DNA of 64,000 nt from Rhodospirillaceae bacterium (GCA_002721365.1 PBKC01000098.1:8993-72992); one strand, 5' to 3'; counted from the first letter of the stretch, positions 1 through 9,105 are shown. A program made the numbers and translations. The notes: generated by a model from the sequence alone, not told the origin.

Positions 1-66
1 TACGCATTCGAAACAGATCGCGATCGCCCCGGGCCGAGTGGACCAGGGACGGTCTCGGTCGAGGGT

Positions 67-1215
67 TTGACCATGGACTTCTCATTCAGCGAGGAACAGT
101 CGGCGATTCGGGAGATGGCGCTGTCGTTCGCCGCGGACGAACTCGCACCCCACGCGATCGCTTGGGATCAGGACAAGCATTTCCCCGTTGAGACGCTGAA
201 GGCGGCGGCGGCCCTCGGCATGGGCGGTATCTATGTCCGCGACGACGTCGGTGGCTCCGGCCTCGCGCGTCTCGACGCCGCCCTGATCTTCGAGGCGTTG
301 GCGACCGGTTGCCCGTCGGTCGCCGCCTATCTCTCGATCCACAACATGTCCGCCTGGATGATCGACCTGTTCGGCTCCGACGCGCAGCGGCAGGCCTTCC
401 TGCCGGACCTTTGCGCGATGGCGAAGCTGTCGAGCTACTGCCTGACCGAGCCGGGAGTGGGCTCGGATGCGGCCGCGCTGAAGACCAGGGCCGTGCGCGA
501 CGGCGACACTTACGTGCTCGACGGTCAGAAGCAGTTCATTTCGGGGGCGGGCGCCAGCGACCTCTATGTCGTCATGGCCCGCACGGGCGGTGACGGCGCG
601 AAGGGGATCACCGCCTTCGTCGTGCCGGCCGATACCTCCGGTCTCTCCTTCGGAGCGAACGAGATCAAGATGGGCTGGAACGCCCAACCGACCCGGGCGG
701 TGATCTTCGATGGGGCCCGTGTGCCCGCCGCCAACCGGCTGGGCGAGGAAGGCGACGGTTTCAGGATAGCCATGGCCGGGCTCGACGGCGGCCGGCTCAA
801 CATCGCCGCCTGCTCGCTCGGCGGGGCGCAGGCTGCCTTCGACAAGGCGGTGACCTATATGGGCGAGCGGTCGGCGTTCGGTCGCAAGCTTCAGGACTTC
901 CAGGCCTTGCAGTTCGGTGTCGCCGACATGGCGGTCGAGCTGGAGGCGGCGCGGACCTTCCTGTGGCGGGCCGCCTCGGCCCTCGACCGGAAGACGCCGG
1001 ATGCGACGCGCCTGTGCGCCATGGCGAAGCGTTTCGTGACCGATATCGGTTTCGACGTCGCCAATCGGGCGCTTCAGCTCCACGGTGGTTACGGCTACCT
1101 CGCCGAATACGGCATCGAGAAGATCGTGCGCGACCTGCGCGTTCATCAGATCCTCGAGGGCACCAACGAGATCATGCGCCTCATCGTCGCGCGGGAGATG
1201 TTGAAGGTACGCTGA
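67..1215 (+). CDS. acyl-CoA dehydrogenase (short/branched-chain, isobutyryl-CoA dehydrogenase-like)
   Basis: 382-aa ORF with ACAD-family motifs: CLTEPGVGSDAA, QLHGGYGYL, RDLRVHQILEGTNEIMR. The start is TTG at 67 or ATG at 73. Confidence 0.9.
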   Translation: MTMDFSFSEEQSAIREMALSFAADELAPHAIAWDQDKHFPVETLKAAAALGMGGIYVRDDVGGSGLARLDAALIFEALATGCPSVAAYLSIHNMSAWMIDLFGSDAQRQAFLPDLCAMAKLSSYCLTEPGVGSDAAALKTRAVRDGDTYVLDGQKQFISGAGASDLYVVMARTGGDGAKGITAFVVPADTSGLSFGANEIKMGWNAQPTRAVIFDGARVPAANRLGEEGDGFRIAMAGLDGGRLNIAACSLGGAQAAFDKAVTYMGERSAFGRKLQDFQALQFGVADMAVELEAARTFLWRAASALDRKTPDATRLCAMAKRFVTDIGFDVANRALQLHGGYGYLAEYGIEKIVRDLRVHQILEGTNEIMRLIVAREMLKVR

Positions 1216-1437
1216 TCGGTGCGACGGTCCCCAAGGATCGGGGTCCAGCGACTTGGCGGTTTCGTGGAAGGGGCGGCCGCTCCCTGTCGAGAAGCGAATG
1301 GTCACCATGTCCGAAGCGGTGTTGCGGTGCGGTTCGTCCATGTTCCTAATACAGGGCATGCGAACGCGGGGAGCCTGATGCTGCCGTCGCCGCGTGAAAT
1401 CGGCGCAGATCTTCCATAGAGACGAAGGACAGAAGAC

Positions 1438-2619
1438 ATGACAGAAGGCGTGGTCATTCTCGCTGGCGCGAGAACGGCGATCGGAACCTTTGGCGGTACC
1501 CTTGCCGGTGCCGAGCCGTCCAAGCTCGGGGCGGACGTGGCCGTCGAGGCCATGCGGCGTGCCAGTGTGGAACCGGAATCGATCGGCCACGTCGTGTTCG
1601 GCAACGTCATTCCCACCGACCCGAAGGACGCCTATCTGGCGCGCGTGGCGGCGATCGAGGGCGGTATCGCGCCGGAGGTTCCGGCCATGACCCTCAACCG
1701 CCTGTGCGGCAGCGGCGCCCAGGCGATCGTTTCGGCCGCGCAGAGCATCATGCTTGGCGACGTCGACATGGCGCTTGCCGGCGGCGCGGAAGTGATGAGC
1801 CGGGCGCCGCACTACCTCCAGACCGGCCGGTTCGGTCAGAAGATGGGTGACACGACCCTGGTCGACGGGCTCATCGGCGTTCTGACCGACCCGTTCGGCA
1901 ACGGCATCATGGGCATAACAGCCGAGAACGTCGCCGAGCGCTGGCAGATCTCACGTCCCGACCAGGACGCCTTCGCCGCGGAAAGCCAACGGCGTGCGGA
2001 GGCCGCGATCACTGCCGGCCATTTCAAGGATCAGATCCTCCCGGTCGAGGTTTCGCGCGGCCGGCAAACCGTTACGTTCGATACCGACGAGCATCCGAAA
2101 TCCGGCACGACGGTCGAGAGTCTGGCGGCGCTGAAGCCCGCATTCAAGAAAGACGGGGCGGTGACGGCAGGGAACTCCTCCGGGATCAACGACGGCGCTG
2201 CCGCGGTCGTGCTGGCCTCGGAAAGCCGGGCGGAGAAGGCCGGGCTGAAGCCCGTGGCCCGGATCGTCGGCTACGCCCATGCCGGCGTCGAGCCCGGCGT
2301 GATGGGCATCGGCCCGGTTCCGGCGGTCAAGGCGCTGCTCGCCCGCACCGGCCTGTCGATCGGCGATTTCGACGTGATCGAATCGAACGAGGCCTTTGCG
2401 GCTCAGGCACTTGCCGTGTCGCGCGAGCTCGGCTTCGATCCCGAGAAGGTCAATCCCGATGGGGGCGCGATCGCTCTCGGCCATCCGGTCGGTGCGACCG
2501 GTGCGATCCTGACCGTGAAGGCGATCTATCATCTCCAGCGCACGGGTGGCCGATATGGCCTGATCACCATGTGCATCGGCGGCGGTCAGGGGATCGCGTT
2601 GGCGATCGAACGCTGCTGA
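1438..2619 (+). CDS. acetyl-CoA C-acetyltransferase (thiolase II)
   Basis: 393-aa ORF with thiolase motifs: [10 protein letters not shown] (active-site Cys), [45 protein letters not shown]. Confidence 0.92.
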   Translation: MTEGVVILAGARTAIGTFGGTLAGAEPSKLGADVAVEAMRRASVEPESIGHVVFGNVIPTDPKDAYLARVAAIEGGIAPEVPAMTLNRLCGSGAQAIVSAAQSIMLGDVDMALAGGAEVMSRAPHYLQTGRFGQKMGDTTLVDGLIGVLTDPFGNGIMGITAENVAERWQISRPDQDAFAAESQRRAEAAITAGHFKDQILPVEVSRGRQTVTFDTDEHPKSGTTVESLAALKPAFKKDGAVTAGNSSGINDGAAAVVLASESRAEKAGLKPVARIVGYAHAGVEPGVMGIGPVPAVKALLARTGLSIGDFDVIESNEAFAAQALAVSRELGFDPEKVNPDGGAIALGHPVGATGAILTVKAIYHLQRTGGRYGLITMCIGGGQGIALAIERC

Positions 2620-2793
2620 GCGACATGGCGTGGTTCCAGGGTGGGGGGAAACGGCCCCCTTCCCAGGCCGGCGGATCTCTTCAGAACCCGAAAACCCCGT
2701 AGCCGGGTTCGTCGCGGGCCGAGGCGCCACACGGAACGGAAGGACTTGGGTCCTTAGGCAGCCGATCGATGGCGCGCGCGGTCGGCCCGCCGT

Positions 2794-3483
2794 CTACACG
2801 GGCCGCGAGTCGATCATCTGGTGGCGATGATGCTGGCCGCGGCCGTCGACGCCCGCCGTCATCGCGATCTGAATGACCTGAGAGAGGCTGTGTGCCCCCA
2901 GCTTCTCCATGATGCGCGCCCGGTGCTTCTCCACGGTGCGCGGGCTGATGCCGATATTGGCGGCCGCAACCTTGTTCGGATTTCCGGCCATCAACTCGGC
3001 CAGGACGTCATATTCCCGATCAGTGAGAGTGGCCAAGGCGTCGGAGGCGTCGGCTTCCTCGCGCGCTCGGCTTCTTCGTTCCGAAGACACGGCCAGAGCG
3101 TGCTCGATGCTCTCGACCAACTGGTCGTTCGTGTAGGGCTTCTGAACAAAGTCGATCGCTCCGGCCTTCATTGCCTGTACCGCTTTCGGTACGTCCGCAT
3201 GGCCGGTTATGAAGCAGACGGGTATGTCGATGCCGTGGACCGCCAATTCGCTCTGCAGCTCGAGCCCGGTCATATCCGGCATCATCATGTCGACAAGCAG
3301 GCAGCCCCGATCGACGCCGGCCGACGTCCGTAGGAAGGATGCGCCGGAATCGAAGGTATGGACGAGATAACCGCGCGCGGTGAGCATGATGCGGAGCGAG
3401 TCACGGATCGCAGGCTCGTCATCCACCACGAAGACCGGCCCCTTCTTCGTGTCGTCTTCTGTCACCGGGTCAAGCCTCTTCAT
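2794..3483 (-). CDS. FixJ/LuxR-family two-component response regulator (REC + LuxR-type HTH)
   Basis: 229 aa. Receiver motifs are VFVVDDEPAIRDSL and LLVDMMMPDMTG. The C-terminal LTDREYDVLAELMAGNPNKVAAANIGISPRTVEKHRARIMEKLG is a LuxR-type HTH. The gene overlaps the upstream kinase gene by 14 nt. Confidence 0.9.
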   Translation of the reverse strand: MKRLDPVTEDDTKKGPVFVVDDEPAIRDSLRIMLTARGYLVHTFDSGASFLRTSAGVDRGCLLVDMMMPDMTGLELQSELAVHGIDIPVCFITGHADVPKAVQAMKAGAIDFVQKPYTNDQLVESIEHALAVSSERRSRAREEADASDALATLTDREYDVLAELMAGNPNKVAAANIGISPRTVEKHRARIMEKLGAHSLSQVIQIAMTAGVDGRGQHHRHQMIDSRPV

Positions 3484-5128
3484 TATTCACTGGTAGCGAG
3501 ACAACGAATTCCGTGCCGTCCCCGGGGCGCGTGGCAAAGGTAAGCCGTCCGCCATGGGCTTCGACGATCGAACGGCTGAGCGACAAACCGATGCCCATGC
3601 CCCCTGACTTGGTGGTCACGAAGGGTTGAAACAACTTCTTGGCGATATCCTTGGGAATGCCGGGGCCGGTGTCGGCGACCGCGATCTCGACCATGTGGTC
3701 CGCGCCGCGCCGGGTTTCGACCAGGACCCGGCCGTTCGCCATTCCCGATACCGCATCGAAGGCATTGCGGATGACGTTGAGCAGAACCTGCTGGATCTGT
3801 ACCCGGTCGGCGTCGACCGGGGGCAGGTCGGGCGTCAGGCTGAGGTCGGTCTCGATCCCCCGATCACTGGCGCCGGCGAACATCAGCGTGGCGGCGTCGC
3901 GAACCAGGGCGTTGATGTCCTGGGGCGCCCTGATGGTGTCGGTTGCCGTCGCTAGCGACCGGATGCGTTCGATGATGTCGATGGCATGCCTCGCCTGCTC
4001 CAGGGCTTTTCTGCCCAGGTCTTTCGCCATCGTCAGGTCGTCCGCTTCCAGAACCGTGCCGCAGACCTCCATGTAGGACCCGATCGCCGTAAGCGGTTGG
4101 GTCAGCTCATGGGCGATGCCCGTGGTCAGCTCGCCCAGTTCCGCGAGGCGGATCGCGCGGTGCAGCTCGGTCTGCGACCGTTGCAGTTCGGCCGTTCGCT
4201 CCGACACCCGTCGTTCAAGGTTGCGCCGGCTGTCGATAAGGCTTTGTTCGAGCGCCTTCTGTTTGGAAATGTCCCGAATGGCGGCGATCGTCACGAACTC
4301 ATGGTCGAAATAGGCGGGCGACAGCTTGACGTCGATCGGGAATTCCCGACCGTCCTTCGCACGGCCAAAGAGTGCCAGGCCTTCGCCCATCGAGCGCGTC
4401 TTCGGCGTTGCGAAGAACCGCTTCACGTTGTCCTTGTGCTTCTCCCGAAAACGTTCGGGCATCAGAATTTCGACGGGGCGGCCGAGGACCTCGTCCGACT
4501 GGTAGCCGAACAGCCGTAGCAGTTCACTGTTTGCTCTGTTGATCCGGCCGTCCACATCGACGACCGCGGTCGGGTCGGGTGCGGCTTCGAGCAGGCTGCG
4601 GAGCTCGTCCAGGGCTTCGCGCGGCCGCGTCGAGTCGATGAAGGTGGCGACGACGCCGGCTACCGCGCCGTCGTCCGTACGAAACGGCATGATGCGCCGG
4701 ACGTACCATCGGCCGTTGGCCGCGTGGACTTCCTCCTCCATGATCCGGCTGTTCAGCAGCACGGCATAGGCGTCGTCCAGGAAACGGTCGTCTTCGAACT
4801 TGCGGACGAAATGGCCGATCGGACGGCCGATATCGTCGGGGACCAGCTCGATCAGCATTTCGATCGTCGGCGTGAACCATTTGATGTCGAGGTTCGCGTC
4901 GAGTACCAGGGTCGGAATCTCGATGCTGTTCAGCAGGTTGTTGAGATCATGCCGCGCGCCGTCCAGCTCGGTCACCTTGTGCTCGAGCTGAGCATTGACG
5001 GTCGTGAGTTCCTCGTTGCGAGACTGAAGCTCCTCGCGCGATGATTCGAGTTCCCGGAGCCGTTCCCAGTTGGACTCGCTGGCTTCGACGGGGGACGAGG
5101 CCGCCCTCTTGTCGTCGCGGAAGTTCAC
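3470..5128 (-). CDS. PAS-domain sensor histidine kinase (N-terminally truncated relative to CheB/CheR-PAS-kinase hybrids)
   Basis: 552 aa. It has an N-terminal EELQSRNEELTTVNAQLE heptad segment, two PAS-like regions, the HisKA H-box GIAHELTQPL and HATPase_c motifs (NLLLNVIRNAFDA, DTGPGI, GMGIGLSLSRSIVEAHGG). The only available start is GTG at 5128. Confidence 0.85.
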   Translation of the reverse strand: MNFRDDKRAASSPVEASESNWERLRELESSREELQSRNEELTTVNAQLEHKVTELDGARHDLNNLLNSIEIPTLVLDANLDIKWFTPTIEMLIELVPDDIGRPIGHFVRKFEDDRFLDDAYAVLLNSRIMEEEVHAANGRWYVRRIMPFRTDDGAVAGVVATFIDSTRPREALDELRSLLEAAPDPTAVVDVDGRINRANSELLRLFGYQSDEVLGRPVEILMPERFREKHKDNVKRFFATPKTRSMGEGLALFGRAKDGREFPIDVKLSPAYFDHEFVTIAAIRDISKQKALEQSLIDSRRNLERRVSERTAELQRSQTELHRAIRLAELGELTTGIAHELTQPLTAIGSYMEVCGTVLEADDLTMAKDLGRKALEQARHAIDIIERIRSLATATDTIRAPQDINALVRDAATLMFAGASDRGIETDLSLTPDLPPVDADRVQIQQVLLNVIRNAFDAVSGMANGRVLVETRRGADHMVEIAVADTGPGIPKDIAKKLFQPFVTTKSGGMGIGLSLSRSIVEAHGGRLTFATRPGDGTEFVVSLPVNNEEA

Positions 5129-5358
5129 CAGTAGAGGTCGCCGAAACCGGAATGGGGTAATGGCGGTGCCGCGGTAACGATGACGGCGCGATCGACGATG
5201 AAGGCGATATCGCTATCAGCCGGCGTCGACTCAAAGAATCGCTTCAACCCCGCCAGACTGCCGGCGGACGCTCCGATACCGACTATCGGGAATGTCGTCC
5301 GATCCTCGGCGGTGGCGCCTGGGTCGGCGTTGGAAGGATCACCGGTCAAGGCTGCCAA
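5125..5358 (-). pseudogene. remnant of a CheB-type methylesterase domain N-terminus (stub of a CheB/CheR hybrid kinase)
   Basis: 77-aa ORF reading TTFPIVGIGASAGSLAGLKRFFESTPADSDIAFIV, then non-homologous sequence. Its stop lies in TGGTGA, which overlaps the GTG start of the kinase in another frame. Confidence 0.5.
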
Positions 5359-5722
5359 AAAAGCTGGAGAGGGAGAGGGTCAAAAATCAAGCAAACGCGC
5401 CTTTTCGACGTTCATTCTTCCATACATCAAACAGTGTGAAGCGAAAACGCCTTTCCGAACAGTCCCTCTGCCAAAAAGGCACTGAGTCCGTCGAAATGTT
5501 TTTCGAGACGTCAAAAAGTTAGGCGGGAAATATCCACTCCTATTCAATAGGTATTTTAACCCATTTCGCCGCTGCAATCACTGTTTACATCCTGAAGGGA
5601 TGGAACAAACCCGATTGAAGCGGGGGGCGTGGATGGGATCCGCCTCGAGAACAAGCGCGTTTGATCAGTTGGAACCGGTTTCTTCGAGCGAAGGACTGGG
5701 CCGCGCATGTGCGCCACGGCGG

Positions 5723-6490
5723 ATGACCTCAGCCCAAACGGGCATGCCTGCCGTGTCCGACGCATCGTGTTCCGGATGCCCGGCCGGCGATCGGTCTTTT
5801 TGTCGTGCGCTCCATGGCCAACAATTTGACGATCTGGAAAAAGCGCGCAGGAGCTGTGTGCTCCACTCAGGCGAGAACCTCTTCTGGGAAGGAGAGCGCT
5901 TCGACTCGTTTTGCACCGTTCTCGACGGGTGGCTCTTCTCCTATCGGCTGTTCGGCGACGGTCGGAGGCAAATTCTGAACCTGCTGTTCCCGGGCGATGT
6001 CGTGGGGAGCTGGATCGGCGAGGCGGTCGCCCATTGCTCCGTTCAGGCGCTCACGCCGTCAAAGCTTTGCGTGCTTCCCCAGCTGTCGCAAATGGATCTC
6101 GCAACGCGGTTTCCGGAACTGGCGATCCGCTATGGGGAGACAATCCACAATCAACTGGTCCGCAGCGAGTGCCGCGTGGCGAGCCTTGGGCGGCAGTCGG
6201 CACGTCAGCGTATCGCGCATTTCATTCTCGACCTTTGCTGCCGGCTCAACGTCTCGCATGGGAAACCTCTGCAGGCTGCTATTCCCATGCCCCTGACCCA
6301 GGAGGATATCGCCGATTTCCTCGGACTCACCAACGTGACCGTCTGCCGCATCCTCGGAGACTTTCGCACGGAGAATCTGATCCGAATTGCCGGCCACGAA
6401 CTGCAGGTCCGGGATCCGGAGCAACTCGCGGAAATCTGCGAATACGATTGGCTGGAATGTTCCTCCGCATCAGCGGAGGCATGGATCTAG
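5723..6490 (+). CDS. Crp/Fnr-family transcriptional regulator with FNR-like cysteine cluster
   Basis: The ORF is open from 5600. ATG 5723 gives a typical 255-aa Crp/Fnr length. It has an N-terminal CSGCPAGDRSFC, a cNMP-binding-like beta-roll (LFWEGERFDSFCTVLDGWLFSY...GRRQILNLLFPGDVVG) and a C-terminal HTH (QEDIADFLGLTNVTVCRILGDFR). Confidence 0.85.
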   Translation: MTSAQTGMPAVSDASCSGCPAGDRSFCRALHGQQFDDLEKARRSCVLHSGENLFWEGERFDSFCTVLDGWLFSYRLFGDGRRQILNLLFPGDVVGSWIGEAVAHCSVQALTPSKLCVLPQLSQMDLATRFPELAIRYGETIHNQLVRSECRVASLGRQSARQRIAHFILDLCCRLNVSHGKPLQAAIPMPLTQEDIADFLGLTNVTVCRILGDFRTENLIRIAGHELQVRDPEQLAEICEYDWLECSSASAEAWI

Positions 6491-6595
6491 CGCGTCCGTT
6501 CCGCCACTTGGCCGAAGGCATTTCGGCAATCGCAAGACATCGGGAACGGGGATTCCACGCCTCTAGACGGCGCAGAACCAGGAACGAAGTTCGGT

Positions 6596-6637
6596 GCGAT
6601 CCGCGATCCGCGATCCGCGATCCGCGATCCGCGGTCC
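6596..6637. repeat. heptanucleotide tandem repeat (GCGATCC)x5 plus one degenerate copy (GCGGTCC)
   Basis: Read directly: gcgatcc gcgatcc gcgatcc gcgatcc gcgatcc gcggtcc. It lies in the gap between the convergent 3' ends at 6490 and 6709. Confidence 0.9.
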
Positions 6638-6708
6638 GTCGCCGTCGACCGCGATACCCAGACAGCGAAGCACGACAAGCAGCGACATTTTGCCCTCAGG
6701 TCGATCTC

Positions 6709-7323
6709 TCAGTTCGCTGAAGACGATGCCTCCATCACCTCGAACGAGTCCGCGACCTGGGTCCAGTGATCGGCGCCGTGCTTCTCGGCCAGTCGGCGCT
6801 GGGCCGAATCAAGCGCGTGGGCGCGATCGTCCTCCACGGTGACATAGACCGTCGCCAGCTTGACCGGATGGGTGTGGCCATAGCTGTCCGGGATGTTCTT
6901 GAAGAACGTCACCCCGATCGTCTCGAAGGGGCTCGAGTCCGGACTACAGGGCTCGACGTCTCCCGGCGTGACCATGCCGACCAGGTGCCCGCGGCCATCC
7001 ATTACCGGTAGATGCGTCAATCCGTGCGTCGCCATCAGTTCCGCCGCATTCTCCGTCGTCTCCGTATCGCTGCAGGAAAGCAGCGGCGCGGACTGGATAT
7101 CCCTCACCGAGGCATGGTCGGGCGAAAGGCCTTCCGCGGTCGCCCGCCACAGCAGGTCGTGCTCGGTCAGCATGCCGGTCAGCCGCTCGCCGTCGGCGAC
7201 CAGCAGGCAGGAAAGGTGATCGTGGCGCATGCGGCGTGCGGCCGCCGCGACCGACATGTCCGCCGGAATGGTCGGGACGGGAGGTCCCATGACATCGCGT
7301 ACCAGCATCGCCACTCCTTTCAC
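6709..7323 (-). CDS. CBS-domain pair protein with uncharacterised C-terminal domain
   Basis: 204 aa. Two CBS-like units are visible (VRDVMGPPVPTIPADMSVAAAARRM...LLVADGERLTGMLTEHDLL and VRDIQSAPLLSCSDTETTENAAELM...HLPVMDGRGHLVGMVTPGDV), followed by about 70 aa of unassigned sequence. Confidence 0.85.
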   Translation of the reverse strand: MKGVAMLVRDVMGPPVPTIPADMSVAAAARRMRHDHLSCLLVADGERLTGMLTEHDLLWRATAEGLSPDHASVRDIQSAPLLSCSDTETTENAAELMATHGLTHLPVMDGRGHLVGMVTPGDVEPCSPDSSPFETIGVTFFKNIPDSYGHTHPVKLATVYVTVEDDRAHALDSAQRRLAEKHGADHWTQVADSFEVMEASSSAN

Positions 7324-7341
7324 GTCTACAGGCCGGTCAGC

Positions 7342-7575
7342 TCAGGATTCAGCCAACTCCGCGCTCTGGTCGATCGTCCATCCGATCACCCGGCTCGGTC
7401 CGTGTGCGGTCAGCAGGCCCGGTTGGGAAACGACCCGCTTGACGCTGTCGAGACGGGGCACCAGCGAAGCCGCTTCTTCAGCGTGGTCGGCCAGCACTAG
7501 CCATACGCGATCGCCCTGAAATCCATCGTCGCTCGCGGCGCCCGTCACCTCGAACAGCTTCTTCAATGCGACCAT
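7342..7575 (-). CDS. hypothetical 77-aa protein between the ECF sigma and CBS genes
   Basis: ATG at 7575 (MVALKKLFEVTG...) lies 8 nt after the sigma gene stop. The longer 238-aa ORF in the track overlaps the sigma gene and is Arg/Pro-rich upstream of this Met. I recognised no family. Confidence 0.4.
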   Translation of the reverse strand: MVALKKLFEVTGAASDDGFQGDRVWLVLADHAEEAASLVPRLDSVKRVVSQPGLLTAHGPSRVIGWTIDQSAELAES

Positions 7576-7583
7576 CGTGCGTC

Positions 7584-8075
7584 TCAGCGCTGGGTGTCCA
7601 TCAGCGTTCGAAGCTTCCGCCGGGCGCGGGAAATCCGGGACCTGACGTTGCCTGACGATGTTCCCAAGGCCGAGGCGACGGCGGCGTTGGAGAACCCTGT
7701 CGTCGCGTAGGCTCGGATGATCTGGCGGTCTGACGGAGGCAGGGCGCGGATCATGTCGTCGATCTCGGCCAGGAGATCGAAGTCCGGGGCCCGATGGCGG
7801 TGTCCCGCCATCTCCGATTGCATCTCCGAAAGCAGGCGGATTCGACTGCGCTCCCGGCGGCAGTCGTTGGCGAACTGGTTCCGGAGAATGGTCAGCAACC
7901 ACGCCCGGAGATTGGTGCCGGGCTGGTATAGATGCGACTTTCGCAGTGCGCGTTCGACGCTGTCCTGAACCAGTTCGGCCGCCCCCTGCCGGTTCCGGAC
8001 CAGCCGCATTGCCGCTCGTTGCAGATCGGGAATGAGGGCCACGATACCGTCCCGGCACTCGTCACTGGGCGTCAT
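7584..8075 (-). CDS. ECF-type RNA polymerase sigma-70 family factor
   Basis: The region 2 motif is AAELVQDSVERAL...NLRAWLLTILRNQFAND and region 4 is SDRQII...GFSNAAVASALGTSSGNVRSRISRARRKL. I prefer ATG at 8075, preceded by GGAGG about 8 nt upstream, over the track start at 8156, which lies in low-GC sequence. Confidence 0.85.
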   Translation of the reverse strand: MTPSDECRDGIVALIPDLQRAAMRLVRNRQGAAELVQDSVERALRKSHLYQPGTNLRAWLLTILRNQFANDCRRERSRIRLLSEMQSEMAGHRHRAPDFDLLAEIDDMIRALPPSDRQIIRAYATTGFSNAAVASALGTSSGNVRSRISRARRKLRTLMDTQR

Positions 8076-8540
8076 TATCCCTGCCTCCGAAAGCAAGCTC
8101 GCAGTCTCCTCATGAAAAGACCAAGATCGGTTCCCTTCCTTAATCTGGATTAACATGTACTTTCATAAATAATAGTGACAGATCTCTCCTATTCTTTTGT
8201 AGTATATTTTGCCTATTTATCGTCAAAATTGGCATCATTTTGACTCAATCTGCATGGCGGAAGGGGCGGTGATATGGCGGCGGATGATGGCGAAAGCTCT
8301 GGGAAGGGCAGACGGTCGGGTGTCATGACCCGCATTGACAAAGTCCTTGCAGTCGGCGAGTCAGGGAAGTAAATCCGGTCGGCTACTTGTGCGGGATCGA
8401 AGTGGCCCGCAAAGCTCGTGGTCCGGGAAACCCGATTTGTCGAGGTTTAACCGAAGACGTTAAATCCCGGTGAGAGGCCGCCGGAATCGAAGGGGCAAAG
8501 ATACGGACCGCCGTCCGGCTCTGTCTCGGGGCCGGCCAAT

Positions 8541-8753
8541 CTAACGGGACGGTCCGCCGTTCTGGCTCTTCAGCGTCAGATACATCAGGACGAGATACAC
8601 CCCGGGAACCAGAACCAGCACCATGAACTCGGGAAAAGCCGGCGCAGGGCAATTCGTCGCGAACATTCGGTAGCCAATAAAGATGTCGACAAGGGCAATG
8701 ATCGCGATGCCGATGAACCACGGCATCAGGAGGATCCTCTTCCCGCTGCTCAT
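8541..8753 (-). CDS. possible small two-TM membrane protein
   Basis: 70 aa with two hydrophobic stretches (LLMPWFIGIAIIALVDIFIGY and FMVLVLVPGVYLVLMYL). I recognised no homology, so this is a weak call. Confidence 0.3.
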   Translation of the reverse strand: MSSGKRILLMPWFIGIAIIALVDIFIGYRMFATNCPAPAFPEFMVLVLVPGVYLVLMYLTLKSQNGGPSR

Positions 8754-9105
8754 GCTCTTCTCCTTCCCTGAGATCGAGAATGGTTAAGCTCTAACGACGA
8801 TCTACCATCGCGCGATCTGCTCCAGTGGGCGATGAAGCCGTGATGGGACCGGGCGGCGATCCGCGCACGTCTGTGTTGATTTGTATCGTGGCGGTTTCGT
8901 CCGCGATTTAACTCAGATGAAACCGATCTCAAAAGTTGGCAGGTTTTTGACGGAATGGGCCAGCTAAGCGGTCTTCCGGGGCGCTCCAGCACTTCGATGC
9001 TGCTCTGCGCTGCCGCTTGCGCGCCGTCTCCCTCATTGCTCTGGATTAAGGCGGCCCGGCGGGGCCCGATGCCACAGTCATCGAGTCTCCGGGGAAGGTC
9101 TCGTC

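Noticed and set aside
82-1812. 576-aa minus-strand ORF spanning the acyl-CoA dehydrogenase gene and the start of the thiolase gene.
   Set aside because: It is Arg/Gly/His-rich with no recognisable domain, and lies antisense to two genes with clear family motifs. This is a typical high-GC shadow ORF.
5359-5722. Search for an FNR/FixK box (TTGAT-N4-ATCAA) in the AT-rich divergent region upstream of the FNR-like gene.
   Set aside because: Only isolated ATCAA half-sites were seen (e.g. ...catacATCAAac..., ...aaaaATCAAgc...), with no matching left half at the correct spacing. I do not report a site.
6596-6637. Possibility that the repeated GCGATCC block is a CRISPR array or a coding repeat.
   Set aside because: The units are 7 nt with no spacers, so it is not a CRISPR array. 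The ORFs crossing it (5911..6720, 6594..6842, 6487..6678) are alternate-frame or Arg-rich and sit between two convergent gene ends.
8750-8992. 80-aa minus-strand ORF, plus overlapping ORFs at 8383..8721 and 8955..9350, in the gap upstream of the HPF-CSD gene.
   Set aside because: The translations are Arg/Ser/His-rich, with no ribosome-binding site or motif. The region is more plausibly a long 5' leader or promoter region.
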